This document shows positions 21,573-33,551 of a DNA stretch of 64,000 nt, piece after piece. The translations under genes and the position numbers were made by a program. The notes beneath the pieces were generated by a model, which ran no database searches, was not told the origin of the DNA, and saw nothing but the letters and a program-made list of their open reading frames with translations. The stretch spans positions 1-64,000 of the IMG/VR virus record IMGVR_UViG_3300001097_000002; one strand, 5' to 3'. Source of the DNA: a virus. The stretch's first letter is position 1; each line of letters opens with the position of its first letter.

Positions 21573-21648
21573 GCTGGAATAGCTCAGTTGGTAGAGCAGG
21601 GAACTTGTAATTCTCAGGTCGTGAGTTCAAATCTTACTTTCAGCACCA
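21573..21648 (+). tRNA. tRNA-Thr(TGT)
   Basis: GCTGGAA/TTTCAGC acceptor, CTTGTAA loop, GAGTTCAAATC, CCA. Confidence 0.93.
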
Positions 21649-21980
21649 CATATTTATATTATTGGAGATACATTATGAAATATGCAATCGAAATTGTTAA
21701 TGCTTTTATACAAGAGAAAAAAGCAACGTTGAGTGATATTAAAAAACACCCAATGTATAACAGAGGTAATCACGATGTTAGTATTACCTTAACCGTCAAT
21801 GTACGAGAAATTGAAAGTCAAATCAAAGTTTTACAGGACGTTAAAAAGCAAATGCAATTGACTGATAAAGTATCCGAGTAAAGGCGTAACCTTAGGTGTC
21901 GTGGCACGGAGTTGATGCGCCTTGCTAGTCAAGGAGAAAGAGAGTTCCTAACCTATAGTAAAGTGAACTACGCACTGAAC

Positions 21981-22013
21981 ACCGCTTATACTTAATGGTA
22001 TAAGCGGTTTTTT
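21981..22013 (+). terminator. Intrinsic terminator after the tRNA cluster
   Basis: ACCGCTTATAC-ttaatg-GTATAAGCGGT-TTTTT. Confidence 0.85.
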
Positions 22014-22679
22014 ATTGGTTATTTTTAAAACTAATTGACAAGCGTGTCATATATTGTTATAGTTAGTACGCAGGTTAGGAGATAGGCACTTAAATTATAT
22101 TATTGGAGTAATTATTATGTCAAACATTAAAAAAGTTCACTTCGCAGAATTCGTTTTAAATATTTTAGACGTAGAGTTCAATACAGCTGATATCAACATT
22201 GATAAAGATGGTAGAGTTATTGACATTGATATTAATGATATGAGTATCCTAATGTTGTTCTCAAGTGATATGAAAATCGTTAGACAATTCCACGTTATGC
22301 AAAATGGAGAGACATTTTACAAAAAACGTAATAGTCCAGTTAGTGCATTACTAAAAGACATTGACGAAATTCATTCTGTATTGAATATTGCGTAGCATTG
22401 TTTACTTTGACACATCTAGTCTATTAAACTAGTTTTTTATATAAGGATTATAATATGGCAAGCGAGAGATATTTCCACGTTGCATTTACTACTGATAACA
22501 CACGTGGAGCAATACAATTTAAAACGGACAACTACCAATACGTTAACCTAAAAGTATTGACCAAACATATAGAAACTGATTTTTTTAAACATGGTATGCA
22601 AGGTATGTTAGTTATAACAAATATATTGGAGTTAGATAAAAGCGATTATATGGACTTTATGCGTTAATAGGAGTAAAAA

Positions 22680-23111
22680 ATGAGTAATGAAATTATTGAT
22701 AAGTTAGTTATCACTGATGATGACCAGAATAAAATGGTAGTAGAAAACCGCGTGATTGAAAGTGAAGATTTATTAGTTATTAATGTTGGCAGCCAATCAA
22801 TTTATCTAAGTGAAGATGCTGATATTATTGCAATTATTCGATATGCGGCAAAACACTTAACAGTAAGTGAACCCGTACATACATGCAATAAAACGTCACA
22901 ATATTCATATCCAGCAACGTTCCAACAAGAAAATGGTGTATTTGCGGTAACGTTTCGTGATGTTCCAAGCGCTATAACACAAGGCGATACGTTTATAGAA
23001 GCTGTTGATATGGCACAAGACGCGCTGTTAGTAATGTTGATTGGCAAGACTGATATGCCGCGTCCTAGTATCCCAATCAATGGCGATGTCGTTATTACTA
23101 TTACATTATAA
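22680..23111 (+). CDS. Protein with C-terminal HicB-like antitoxin domain
   Basis: YSYPATF…FAVTFRDVPSAITQGDTFIEAVDMAQDAL. Confidence 0.8.
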   Translation: MSNEIIDKLVITDDDQNKMVVENRVIESEDLLVINVGSQSIYLSEDADIIAIIRYAAKHLTVSEPVHTCNKTSQYSYPATFQQENGVFAVTFRDVPSAITQGDTFIEAVDMAQDALLVMLIGKTDMPRPSIPINGDVVITITL

Positions 23112-23573
23112 GGGCGCGGCATGCGTATATTTTGGGCGGTGCTTTACATTGCAATATATACATGCTAGTATTAAACAATAAATTAAATCATTTGGAGTAT
23201 TATGAATACGTATATTAGCATTTACCGTACCGATGCGCAAAAACAGGATAACAAACACGTGCAACTAACAACAATACGCGAAGAATATAAAGACCATATC
23301 CTAGAGCTAAAACTTGTCATTAATGGTATTGTACAATTGAGCGGATATGCCAATTCAAGTGACACTATTTTGACAGTCCAATATGACAGTGCTCACTTTA
23401 GAAATCACGGACTAGTATCAAAGGTTGCACCTCATTTCTATATGAAAGATGAAGACCCGTATCAACATTATATTAATATTGCTGATATACCAAAACCATT
23501 AAAAATATATGTTGCTAACTGGCGCACTGATAAAACATCAAAACTTATATACGAAGATAAAGAGGATTTCTAA

Positions 23574-24776
23574 ATGCGTCAAACACTAACTTGCAAATAT
23601 TTAGGGGATAACATGCTAAACGATAAAGTTATATATTCAATATCAAAAACAGGTAAGTTACTAGTGTGGTCGGCTAGTCTTTCACAGACACCAAACGTTG
23701 ACGGATACTTAGAAATTGAAGTAACATCTGGTCAAGATACGGGTAAGAAAGTTAATAAAGTCCGTCATGTAAAAGGGGGCAAGAACATTGGTCGCAGTAA
23801 TGAGACTACACTACATGAACAAGCGTATATTGAACTAGAACGTTTATACACTAAACAGCATGAAAAAGGATACGTTGACAACAGAGAAAAAGTATCAATG
23901 GATAAGAAAGTAGGTGATGTACCAAAACCTACGTTGGCTGATAAGTATCCTGATAAGGCGCATCGTTTACCAACTAATACTGACCATATTGTAACACAAC
24001 CAAAGATTGATGGTGTACGCTGTTTTATCACTAAAATGGAAGATGGTAGTTTGCGCTTTACAAGCCGTAGTGGTAAGCCAATCCCTAGCGTTGACGTAAT
24101 TGTAAACGATGTTAAGGATGTTCTACCTGTAGGTCATATTATGGACGGTGAGCTTTACATTAAAGGTTATGAATTACAAGATATTGTTAGTGTAATTGCA
24201 CCAACCAAAAATAGAAAATTAGATGAATTAGAGCGTGTTGAATTATACTGGTATGATTATATCCCGTTAAACGGCGAATATTTAACATATGTAGAACGAT
24301 TCTTAGATAACAAATTGACATTTGCAGATAGTTTAGTGATTAAAAAACTTGAAAGTGACGCATACGACGTATCTACGCTTGAATATAACTTTGAGAAATA
24401 CCTAGCCGAGGGGTACGAAGGTTTGATGATACGCGATATTATGGCGCCATACCATTTTGGCAGACGTTCTGCGTCATTATTAAAGTACAAGAAAATGCAT
24501 ACTGACGAATTCCGAATTGTTGATATCATTGAATCCACACAAGATGATACTCCACGGGTCGTTTGTGACTTGCGTAACGCCAAGACTGTTACAGTGCGTA
24601 TGATGGGCGACAAAGAACATAACTTGGAATATCTCAACAACAAAAAATTATACATTGGTAAGTGGTTAACTATCAAGTATCAGACGTGGACTAAAACAGG
24701 CTCATTACAGTTTCCAGTAGGAGAAGGTATACGTGCCGGTGAAGTTGTTGATGGTGCGTTTATACCGTCACTATAG
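23574..24776 (+). CDS. ATP-dependent DNA ligase (likely start 23613)
   Basis: Motif I QPKIDGVRC, SRSGK, MDGELY, EGYEGLMIR, LLKYKK and OB-fold QFPV. Confidence 0.93.
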   Translation: MRQTLTCKYLGDNMLNDKVIYSISKTGKLLVWSASLSQTPNVDGYLEIEVTSGQDTGKKVNKVRHVKGGKNIGRSNETTLHEQAYIELERLYTKQHEKGYVDNREKVSMDKKVGDVPKPTLADKYPDKAHRLPTNTDHIVTQPKIDGVRCFITKMEDGSLRFTSRSGKPIPSVDVIVNDVKDVLPVGHIMDGELYIKGYELQDIVSVIAPTKNRKLDELERVELYWYDYIPLNGEYLTYVERFLDNKLTFADSLVIKKLESDAYDVSTLEYNFEKYLAEGYEGLMIRDIMAPYHFGRRSASLLKYKKMHTDEFRIVDIIESTQDDTPRVVCDLRNAKTVTVRMMGDKEHNLEYLNNKKLYIGKWLTIKYQTWTKTGSLQFPVGEGIRAGEVVDGAFIPSL

Positions 24777-26440
24777 GAGTATTTTATGCGTGCACATACC
24801 TTTTTGATTAGCGATTAAATATATAAAATATATGAACAAACTACAATCAGGAGAGTATTATGAACGAAACAACTATTGCGTCGATGTTAGTTATTTTTGC
24901 GGCTTTTTAATGTCGCCATCAAAAACAGTGTCTGAGTTTTGCATTGATGACGTCACATACGTTACTACACTTTCTGGTATTACTGCTAAGCTAGACAGTA
25001 AAACTAGTAAAATTATTAAATGTACTGGTGATAACTAATATGAAAATATTTTTATACTTGTTTGTGTCGCTCATTTTAATATCGTGTTTAAAATTACCAA
25101 CGGTAAAAGATGGTACTAATGACGATTTTGGTTTTGCTGAGGCGTGCTATGATGGCGTAGTGTATTTGAGTAATACATTATTTGAAAGTAGCACAGTTAA
25201 GTTTAATCATAATGGATTAGTGGCAACAACGACAAGTGACGGAAAAGTTTGCAAACCACATTAAAGTAGTCTATAATACTAAGTATAAGTTAATTTAATT
25301 ATTGGAGTTGTTATGATTAGTGTAAGTGATTGGGTTTATTATGTTTCACCTAGTAATGGTGTTACGTTGGAATATGTGCTTGTACGAGGTGATGGTGCGT
25401 TCCAGTTAGAGTATGATTCTACAGGTGTTGTTTTTGATGATGATGGATATATTAATATCAGTGATTTATTACCGTCTTTCATCCTATCAACTGTTGATAA
25501 TTACCATACTCTTGTTAAACTATATGGCGATAATGTTGTGCCTAAACCTATGGTTAAGCTTAACAATAGAGAATTTATAGAACATTTATGTTTTACTAGA
25601 AATCACGGTGTTAGATGTCTTAATAATGATACTAATGAAATAGTTAAAATATTCTCAGTTATCGTCGATGTTGCAGTATCGAATAACCATAATTACACAT
25701 TGGACAAATTGACACCAGTAGACGATAACAACGTACCGATTAAAAGTGTAACCAAACAATATGGAGGTGTGTAATATGTTACTGTCTAATGCATTAAATT
25801 CAACCAACGTATACGAAGCATATATAGAATATATTAAAGGTTTCGTTGCGTGTTTTAACCTAAACACTAATAACGTTAAGTTGACACACGATATACACAT
25901 GTTTAAAATATCAGCAATTGACGGTAAATCTTTTATCAATTGCAATATGCCAAAAACTGATAATGATAATGGTTTTTACAAGATTAAAATTTATCGTGAA
26001 CTTAACGGTTTAGATGAATCAACAACGCTTCGCGTTAAGTCAATGTCACACTTCTTTACTATGATTGACTTACGCGCATACTTACACCATGCTTACATAT
26101 TATCATTAGTTAAAGACATGGTACACGTTTAATTATTGGAGAATATTATGAAATTTGACGATGCAAGATTTATCACTCAATATGTAAGAAGTGCTTGTAT
26201 ATATCACGGGTATACGATTCTACAGGACGGTAAAATTATTGACCCAAAAAATATTGTTGTTGATGACGAAGGTATACGTATTGTTGATGACAATATAACT
26301 CACGTCCTGTTTGTTAATGACGCTGATGAAGACGAAGGTTTGTATTGTCATAAGGATGTATGGGTTAATAGAACCTTTGTTGAGGACAGGTCATTTGTAA
26401 AAAATGTTGATATTAAAGATATGATAAAAGGATTAGTATA

Positions 26441-26472
26441 AAAAGCCCTTCTAAATTGAAGGGCTTTTTTTA
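26441..26472. terminator. Bidirectional intrinsic terminator
   Basis: AAAAGCCCTTC-taaatt-GAAGGGCTTTTTTT between convergent genes. Confidence 0.8.
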
Positions 26473-26484
26473 TTGAAAGTGTTA

Positions 26485-27222
26485 TTAGTATGTGCGGTTA
26501 ATACGCTGTGAACTTTCCAATGATAAGAAATACCTATAGTTGAACGTTACGTTGATTGTCAGTAAGTTATTAGTATTACCATACGATAACTCAACAGGTG
26601 ATAGATTAGTAGGGTATGCTTGTATAAGCTTAATACCATGAACATCCTCACCTTCATCATTAATAATGTATAAGTTAACGTCACTAGTATATTCGTCGTA
26701 ATAATTAACAGTGTTATCACTATAGTTCATGATAGCAGCTTGCCATGTCTCAAAATATTTTAAGCTGTCCATTGTTGCGTCTGCGTAAAAACTAAACGTT
26801 ACTGGCTCATATGTTATACCGTAAGGAACTTTAAACTTAATATTATTTTGAGTTACTTCAAACGTACTAAAACCTCTACTCGGGATAGACATGGTATGGC
26901 ATTTTATTGATACCGAATCCTTAGCGTTTAAATCACGTTCAACACCCCTAATGCTACCCGCACGGCTGTTAGCGTCAACCATGTTACCCACAGCGCCTCT
27001 TGGGAGCGACATTTCTATTCTGTACTTTGTTGGTTTAGCTACACCGTTCTCAAATGCTGATATAAATGACCATATATCAGCATTTGATTCACGTTTAATC
27101 AGTTCGTTAGTCTCGCCCGTAAAATTGCTAAAATTAACACCGTCACGCCCGATTATATTGGACACTAGGTTATATAGCGATATACCATTTGACACCAAAT
27201 TTGATGAATTAATATTTATCAT
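26485..27222 (-). CDS. gp54: Baseplate tail-tube initiator (gp54-like, tube-protein fold)
   Basis: TFSFYAD…YFETWQ…NYYDEY…AYPTNLSPVELSYG…VTFNYR; adjacent to gp2. Confidence 0.75.
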   Translation of the reverse strand: MININSSNLVSNGISLYNLVSNIIGRDGVNFSNFTGETNELIKRESNADIWSFISAFENGVAKPTKYRIEMSLPRGAVGNMVDANSRAGSIRGVERDLNAKDSVSIKCHTMSIPSRGFSTFEVTQNNIKFKVPYGITYEPVTFSFYADATMDSLKYFETWQAAIMNYSDNTVNYYDEYTSDVNLYIINDEGEDVHGIKLIQAYPTNLSPVELSYGNTNNLLTINVTFNYRYFLSLESSQRINRTY

Positions 27223-27225
27223 ATA

Positions 27226-27834
27226 CTACTTCCGTTTATTTTTGACACCAAAAACCTTATCCCATTTCTTACGCGCTTTTTTAACCTTTGTACCTTGTGC
27301 ATCATTCCAAACTTGCTGCTGGCTTGCTTTCTTAAAGTCTTGTAGTGGTAACCGACCTACAGTAGTCCAAAAAGATGGTTTAATGATAGCGAACTTACTT
27401 CTAACGTGACTTGTCAAATAATGCTTGTACGTATGTCCAAACAGTGATGAATCGCCATAAGCGACTAACAAAGGCATAACCTTTTTAATATATGCCTTTT
27501 CGTCATCGCCAGCATCCTTTTTCATTTTGACCATTTCTTTAATAAGTTTTTTTCGTATTGGTGGTGGAATGTAATGCAGATTAATGCCAAAAAAGTTTTC
27601 ACCATTCTCAATCTTGACCATTAGCACAAGTGGATTAACGTCATAATAAGGCAGCACGTTATCATCATCTTTCCATTTAGGGTCGTACTTAAACAGTGCT
27701 ATCTCACCAATTGGTGGATATTTTTTAGTTGATACGTCAACCATACCGTCAGGTATTTTACTAGCTATTTTCTTAACGGCACCTTTAAACCACTCGACAG
27801 CTTTATTATCGTCTAATACACTCATATGTTGCAT
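27226..27834 (-). CDS. gp2: DNA end protector protein
   Basis: FKYDPKWK…LPYYD..PLV…GINLHYIPP..R…KHYL..HVRS. Confidence 0.88.
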   Translation of the reverse strand: MQHMSVLDDNKAVEWFKGAVKKIASKIPDGMVDVSTKKYPPIGEIALFKYDPKWKDDDNVLPYYDVNPLVLMVKIENGENFFGINLHYIPPPIRKKLIKEMVKMKKDAGDDEKAYIKKVMPLLVAYGDSSLFGHTYKHYLTSHVRSKFAIIKPSFWTTVGRLPLQDFKKASQQQVWNDAQGTKVKKARKKWDKVFGVKNKRK

Positions 27835-28867
27835 TGCCTATTATGTTGTGTTACTATTATTTAACAAGTTATTTATCACCTTATATTCATTGGAGTTTAT
27901 TATGGAAATCAATATTACAAATATACGTACACACGTTGACACTTCAATCTTACCTAATAACAGTATTACTCACTTTGAGTATGGTAATTACACAGATGAT
28001 AATTACGTTGCATTTTTCTTATGTAAAAGTAATGATGGTGTGCTTAGTGGTGAGAATAGTCCAGCTGACGCGGTCAGAGACGATGATGCGCAATATATCA
28101 CACCCGATAATATTGGTTATAACAGCCCATCAAAAGACGTTATAAACAAGTATAATGAAAGCACAAATAAATGGGAATATGTGGTTAATGATGTTTATGC
28201 ATACTACAGAATATTTAAACTACTATCCTTTAATCACAAACACACTTTTATAATTAAACTTATTAATACTGACATATCGGGTTTTGTTACATTAGACGAT
28301 ATACCATCAAATATTGTTACTAATTCATATCATAGTTTTAAAACCTTCACTGAGCTTAGCTTTTACTTGAACGAAATTAAAAATAACGCTCAACTTGATT
28401 ATATCCGCTTAACACACAAATTGTATACTTTGCGCAGTCAGTAATGTACGTTTAAATGTTGCGTGTGGGGTGTTACTATATAATGGACTGTACTATGCCA
28501 CAGCCCGCCAAATAATTGCAATGCTGACCCATAAGGGCTATGAACAACATGAACTATAAAGATGATAACGATATTAAAATTGTTGATTACCTACATTCTG
28601 TATGGGATACACAAATTACATCAGAGGAAAATAAAGCATGGTATTCGCAGTTTAAAGATGAATTTAAAAAGAGAAACGTGGCATTCATTGATACTATACG
28701 AGAATGTGGTTCATTTATGTTCGTGTTTAATAGCGCGTTAGAGGTAGATAGTATACAACTGTATGAATATCGTTGCAAACCTAAAAAATATTATTGCAAC
28801 GATATCGAAATAACAGTAGAACATCTTATACACATAGCACATCTAGAAATAACTGGTATGTTATCGT

Positions 28868-30037
28868 CTACCCCTCAAACTCGCGTTTAACCAATTCTAA
28901 ATTTGCAACAAACATCTGCTTATTGAGAATAAAACCAATAGCAGTGACTAAATGTCTACCGCTTCTTTTTGGGTCCATTTGTGACCTATCAAAGTAATCC
29001 TGTTTAGGTATTTCTACCATAATGGATTTACCTAACAAATCAGCAAATTCCATATTACCACTGGTTTGTATCAGTAGCTTTTCTTGCTCTAGTTTAAAAA
29101 TAGATGAACGCCTACTTGGTAGCCAAGTGTTATAATCATTTAGTTCGCTATCACCGTCATCCATTATATTATGATGCATCGGTTGGAATATTGCGTGCGC
29201 GCTTGTATCCTCAGTATAATCCTCACCGTCACTTAACTTTTGCTTGTCCTCTGTGTTAGTGTATGTTTTATTTGTCCATTTCTTATTAGTGTAATCATAT
29301 GTTGATACGTTATTCCCATAAAAACCACTAGCTAAGTTGAGCGCACCATCATAGTGCTCTACTTCATACTTGTTTATTAGGTATGGATAATGCAATGACT
29401 CGCCAACAGCAGCAGGTAAATACTTAAATTTAATATCAACCGTATCATCATACATATCAGCAATACTTTTAACAGCAAATTCAGTGTTGCTTGTTTGTAC
29501 TAACAAATAATCCGCAACATTATTTTTATGGCATGATTTTAATAACTGCCCAAATGTATTAAATGCCGAATTAGCAGATGACATAAAATTAACTTGCCCA
29601 TTACTGCCGTCAGTAGTGCACGTGTACCCACTAAACACTTCACCGAACATATCAGCAATTAATTGTGAAGGCTCACCAACAAGACTACGACTAAAACGTT
29701 TGGTTATGTTTTTTAACATTGGCTCCATAGCAAGATATAACGTGTAGCCAATGCTGTGTTGCGTGAAGTGAACTTTATCACCTATTTTATACAGTACAAA
29801 GTTAAAATCCTTACTTTCCTTTTGCAAGAATTTATTACTGGTTTCTATCGTTATCATCACCTTAGCGTTTTTTTTCATTGGTAACGTGTTTATTAAGTCG
29901 ACACTATCAAGAAGAGAAACTTTGGCACTCCAACAGGGGTTGGTTATGTCCAAGTACACCTCAGCAATTGTAACTCCTTCTGTGATATCCTTACCATCAA
30001 CTGTTACCTTAAAGTTACTATATCCAAAATTACGCAT
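28868..30037 (-). CDS. Baseplate hub protein (gp27-like)
   Basis: Downstream of gp48-gp53 in a late operon; size about 390 aa and C-terminal D.KRSGRHLVTAI. Confidence 0.6.
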   Translation of the reverse strand: MRNFGYSNFKVTVDGKDITEGVTIAEVYLDITNPCWSAKVSLLDSVDLINTLPMKKNAKVMITIETSNKFLQKESKDFNFVLYKIGDKVHFTQHSIGYTLYLAMEPMLKNITKRFSRSLVGEPSQLIADMFGEVFSGYTCTTDGSNGQVNFMSSANSAFNTFGQLLKSCHKNNVADYLLVQTSNTEFAVKSIADMYDDTVDIKFKYLPAAVGESLHYPYLINKYEVEHYDGALNLASGFYGNNVSTYDYTNKKWTNKTYTNTEDKQKLSDGEDYTEDTSAHAIFQPMHHNIMDDGDSELNDYNTWLPSRRSSIFKLEQEKLLIQTSGNMEFADLLGKSIMVEIPKQDYFDRSQMDPKRSGRHLVTAIGFILNKQMFVANLELVKREFEG

Positions 30038-30555
30038 TATAAGTATTTCAACCTTTCGTTGTATATGTTGATGAATTCCAATATCTTTTCTTCTTTGATG
30101 GTATAAATGACTTTCTTTTCCTCATTTAATTCCGCTTCATATTCGTAATTGGTTTTAAATGTTATCTCTGCGGGTAGCTTCATCCCTTGGTCATACAAGT
30201 ATTGCATATCCTTTGACAGTTTATGCGGAACGTATTCGCGTGTGCTGACATAGTAGAAACTTTGTGGCGCATCAGGGTTATCGTGCTTAAAGTCTGCGTA
30301 TCTACGCAATTGTGATGGTGCCATATACCAATCTTGATATGGATTAACAACATCGTTCAACAAGTACAATATCCAATAGTATTCGCTTGTATCATACAGC
30401 GCTAAACTTGCTTCTTGTGCGCTTTCACCTGATAGTGCGTAGCGCTTTAAATACTCTGTTTTTATATCAGTGATATCAACATGTACAAGGATATTAGTAA
30501 CATCCATATCCAGTTTATCAATAGTGTAATTTATGGTATTCTTTTTATATTTCAT
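30037..30555 (-). CDS. gp53: Baseplate wedge subunit
   Basis: LYDTSEYYWILYLLNDVVNPYQDW…NYEYEAELNEEK. Confidence 0.88.
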   Translation of the reverse strand: MKYKKNTINYTIDKLDMDVTNILVHVDITDIKTEYLKRYALSGESAQEASLALYDTSEYYWILYLLNDVVNPYQDWYMAPSQLRRYADFKHDNPDAPQSFYYVSTREYVPHKLSKDMQYLYDQGMKLPAEITFKTNYEYEAELNEEKKVIYTIKEEKILEFINIYNERLKYL

Positions 30556-30557
30556 TA

Positions 30558-31343
30558 TTAAAATCCTTCATCAACGTCACCTCTTACAACTAATTCTAAT
30601 TCACTCCAGGATGTTGTTACAACTATTTGACTTGGAAAACCATTTCTTAGTGTAGTGAAACTTCCAGTACCAGTGTAGTTAACATCAATTTTTGTACAAG
30701 CGGCCTTTTTAAATTTATTGAGCCATTGATTTGGTCCACCTTTCCACATGTATTTTATACTACATTCGTATGGATATGATAGATATGCGCCGTGTGTCTT
30801 ATATGCTGGTAATGCCATTCTACGCATTTCAGATATAATAGTATCAATCAAAACACAATCAGCTTCACTCATTGGTGTGAAACGGAATACAAAGTCAAAG
30901 TTACGAAAGTTGACACCTCGGAAAATAGCTGTCACATAAGGGTTTGGTATTTTACCTGCTACACTACCCATTAAACCCTCAGAGCTTGCTCCACCACCCA
31001 ATCCTTTGTTAGCGACTTCGCCAGCGTTAAAAATCATAGCATTACCAACACGCGCCTTTACAGCTTCTGTCATGCTATCAATACTTTGTGATTCTGTGTC
31101 ACTACCGATAAACTTACGGATGCCTTGTCGCATCAAATCACCAGCCATACCAAACTTCTCGTTATCCCAACTAACAGTAGACGGTTGTGAAATACCTTCT
31201 GGCATCATAAGTGATATATTAGTCTCTGGAAATAATGACCCTAAGTCGTTTTTGTAGAACTGGAAGTTAATGTAAGCTGGATTTAGGTCTCTATTTACTA
31301 AATTACTTGGAAATATTAAGTGCTTAGCCATATTATATACCAT
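30558..31343 (-). CDS. gp48: Baseplate tail-tube cap
   Basis: NPYVTAIFRGVNFRNFDFVFRFTP.SE…IDVNYT…G.P…SELE. Confidence 0.85.
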   Translation of the reverse strand: MVYNMAKHLIFPSNLVNRDLNPAYINFQFYKNDLGSLFPETNISLMMPEGISQPSTVSWDNEKFGMAGDLMRQGIRKFIGSDTESQSIDSMTEAVKARVGNAMIFNAGEVANKGLGGGASSEGLMGSVAGKIPNPYVTAIFRGVNFRNFDFVFRFTPMSEADCVLIDTIISEMRRMALPAYKTHGAYLSYPYECSIKYMWKGGPNQWLNKFKKAACTKIDVNYTGTGSFTTLRNGFPSQIVVTTSWSELELVVRGDVDEGF

Positions 31344-32169
31344 TTTATTTGTATTTAAGCAATAAAAAATCTCCCTACGTTAATAGAGAGATTTTAAAAA
31401 GTGGTTATTAAGTGGGTTAGAAATAACATACATCGCAATCCTGTGATACAAATATATCGTGTATGTCTGTATTGGTGAATAAATCAATAAGACTAATGTC
31501 GTCAACTCTATGTATTAGTGCATTAGTGCCACTCATTCTAATATCAAACATTTCTACATACAAATACTTGTCACTCATTTGTAAATTAATGTGGTAGTTG
31601 TCTAATGTAATTTGTACCAAGTCAAGTTTAGAATTATAGTTCTTACGTAATACACGCTCTAAGATGTAATGATGGTTTAATACTAAATCACTTATAACAT
31701 CTAATGCAATAACCTTATCATCGTTAGATAATTTTTTCATAATAATCTCCAATAGTGTATCATTAATTTATAGTAGCGTGGACTGACAATATGACAGTCC
31801 CGTTATTCTTATTGAGTAATATAAGGTGAGTTCTCAGTAGTAAGGATATAATACATTACTTGATGTGTCTCTTAACGTTATCGACATGCATCAATATATC
31901 TATAAAAGTAACACACTCAACTGAGAACAAAGTAGTAATATCACAGCTATCTATATTTGAACCATTGTCAAAAACACCAAAGTATAAAATTTCTTGCAAC
32001 GAAAAGTTAAATTCGATTTCTATGTTTACACCATGTTTGATATTTTTAACAAATACAGTGTTAGACATTGCGTCTACTTCAAACTTAATAGTATCATCGC
32101 AAATATCAACGCCAAAGTTATGCATGATTGACTTGGCTAATACTTCTGCTTTATATTCATTTGACATAA

Positions 32170-32270
32170 TATGTAACTCCAATAATATAAATAATTGTTT
32201 GTTGAGTGACGGTAAACACCTCTTTTCCCAACCTACATAAACATTATAGCAAGTATAACCACATCTGTCA
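32170..32270 (-). promoter_or_regulatory. Early promoter cassette, inverted homolog of 18178..18300
   Basis: Minus strand TTGACA-17-TATAAT-GTTTATGTAGGTTGGGAAAAGAGGTGTTTA…CACTCAACAAACAATT…TATTGGAG. Confidence 0.8.
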
Positions 32271-32391
32271 AATAGTAATTGTAAGTGAATGTAATCAGTC
32301 CTCGTGGTCATCGCGTTACTAACTTCGCAATCCTTATAGACTTCAAAAGTATAATAGTAAGTAATGTTATAAACAACTAAGGTACTATAAC

Positions 32392-32847
32392 ATGTGGACA
32401 TATAAAGGCAAAGAATTCAAAAGTGAAGACATTGATAAAGCATTCGGTTTCATCTATATTATCACTGATACAGAAAGTGGTAAGAAATACATTGGTCAAA
32501 AACATTTCTGGTCAAAAAAGACAGTGCAAAAGAACAAGATTAAAAAGAAAGTAAAATGCGAAAGCGATTGGAAGAGATATACATCAAGTAGTGAAATACT
32601 AAAAAAACAGGACAAGGTTAAGCTAAAAAAAGAGATACTATTTCTTTGTATCAGTAAAGGCCAAATGAACTATGTAGAAACATTAGTTCAAATGGACTTA
32701 CGTGTTTTGGAAGACCAAGCGACTTGGTTAAATGGTATTGTGAATATGAGGTGTCATCATACACACCACAAAATTGAGAAAATTATTGATAGGGATGATG
32801 ATGCATTAAAGACACTGTATGCAGAACACTATATTCCGTTTGTTTAA
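32392..32847 (+). CDS. GIY-YIG nuclease (single domain)
   Basis: GFIYIITD…KKYIGQK…ESDWKRY.SSS…E…WLN. Confidence 0.85.
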   Translation: MWTYKGKEFKSEDIDKAFGFIYIITDTESGKKYIGQKHFWSKKTVQKNKIKKKVKCESDWKRYTSSSEILKKQDKVKLKKEILFLCISKGQMNYVETLVQMDLRVLEDQATWLNGIVNMRCHHTHHKIEKIIDRDDDALKTLYAEHYIPFV

Positions 32848-33551
32848 TCGCGGTTAATGTAATAAGACAGGTTACTATGTACATAAATATTAAAGGATTC
32901 CCCTTCACCTTTCTTATCAACAAACGTACGACTAGAATCTAATGTATCAAGTACCATACGAAGTGTTCCATAAGTCAGTTTAATTTCACCACTTGAATTA
33001 TAATTATCGTCACGCATTCGGTAATCATGGCTAATATTGTCAAAGTCACCAGATGCGATAATTTTACGCGCTTGGGATTTGGTTACCTTGTCTTTATTTG
33101 CAACGCTACCAACCGATTTGAAGTTCTTTAACATGGCTGGATTAAAGCATGCAACAGACATATTCTTCGAGGTTGATAATCGAACATCCTCAATAACACC
33201 AGTATCAACTAAGCGTTCTGCTGTTTCTACAATACCATCAATACTAGTAAGCGCATCAAAAAAACCACCATCAGCTTCTGCTTCTTTGCTTATACTAATA
33301 CGGTGCACATTGCCGTTACCTGCTTTACCATATTTTGAAGTATCGACCACATATAATGCGCGGTTACGTCTATCACGTTTAAATGACCACTTACCGTCAG
33401 TTGTATAGCAATCACCGCCACCTATTCTATACCATTCTTTAAATTCTGATAATGTACCAACCATATGTGTATCACCATCAACCTTAAAACTAACAGCTTC
33501 AAGTAATGGTTGAGCAACACCTTCGTTTAAATATTCTGAGAAAGAAATCAT
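32844..33551 (-). CDS. Putative internal head protein (capsid-targeting tag); true start probably 33551
   Basis: GAGG RBS then MISFSEYLNEGVAQPLLEA; GTAAATA about 35 nt upstream. Confidence 0.6.
   Translation of the reverse strand: MISFSEYLNEGVAQPLLEAVSFKVDGDTHMVGTLSEFKEWYRIGGGDCYTTDGKWSFKRDRRNRALYVVDTSKYGKAGNGNVHRISISKEAEADGGFFDALTSIDGIVETAERLVDTGVIEDVRLSTSKNMSVACFNPAMLKNFKSVGSVANKDKVTKSQARKIIASGDFDNISHDYRMRDDNYNSSGEIKLTYGTLRMVLDTLDSSRTFVDKKGEGESFNIYVHSNLSYYINRD

Noticed and set aside
21501-21674. N-terminal extensions of ORFs 21501..21881, 19705..19905 and 20457..20807
   Set aside because: They overlap tRNA or ncRNA genes; better starts with RBS lie at 21675, 19795 and 20535.
26891-27409. 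Long antisense ORFs (e.g. 26891+, 3741-, 24257-, 45090+, 52385-, 55364-)
   Set aside because: They are shadows of well-supported genes on the other strand, with no RBS or motifs.
28484-31803. Similar TGGACTG…ACAG(T/C)CC hairpins at about 28484 and 31779
   Set aside because: Only two short, imperfect instances; cannot be told apart from chance without homologs.
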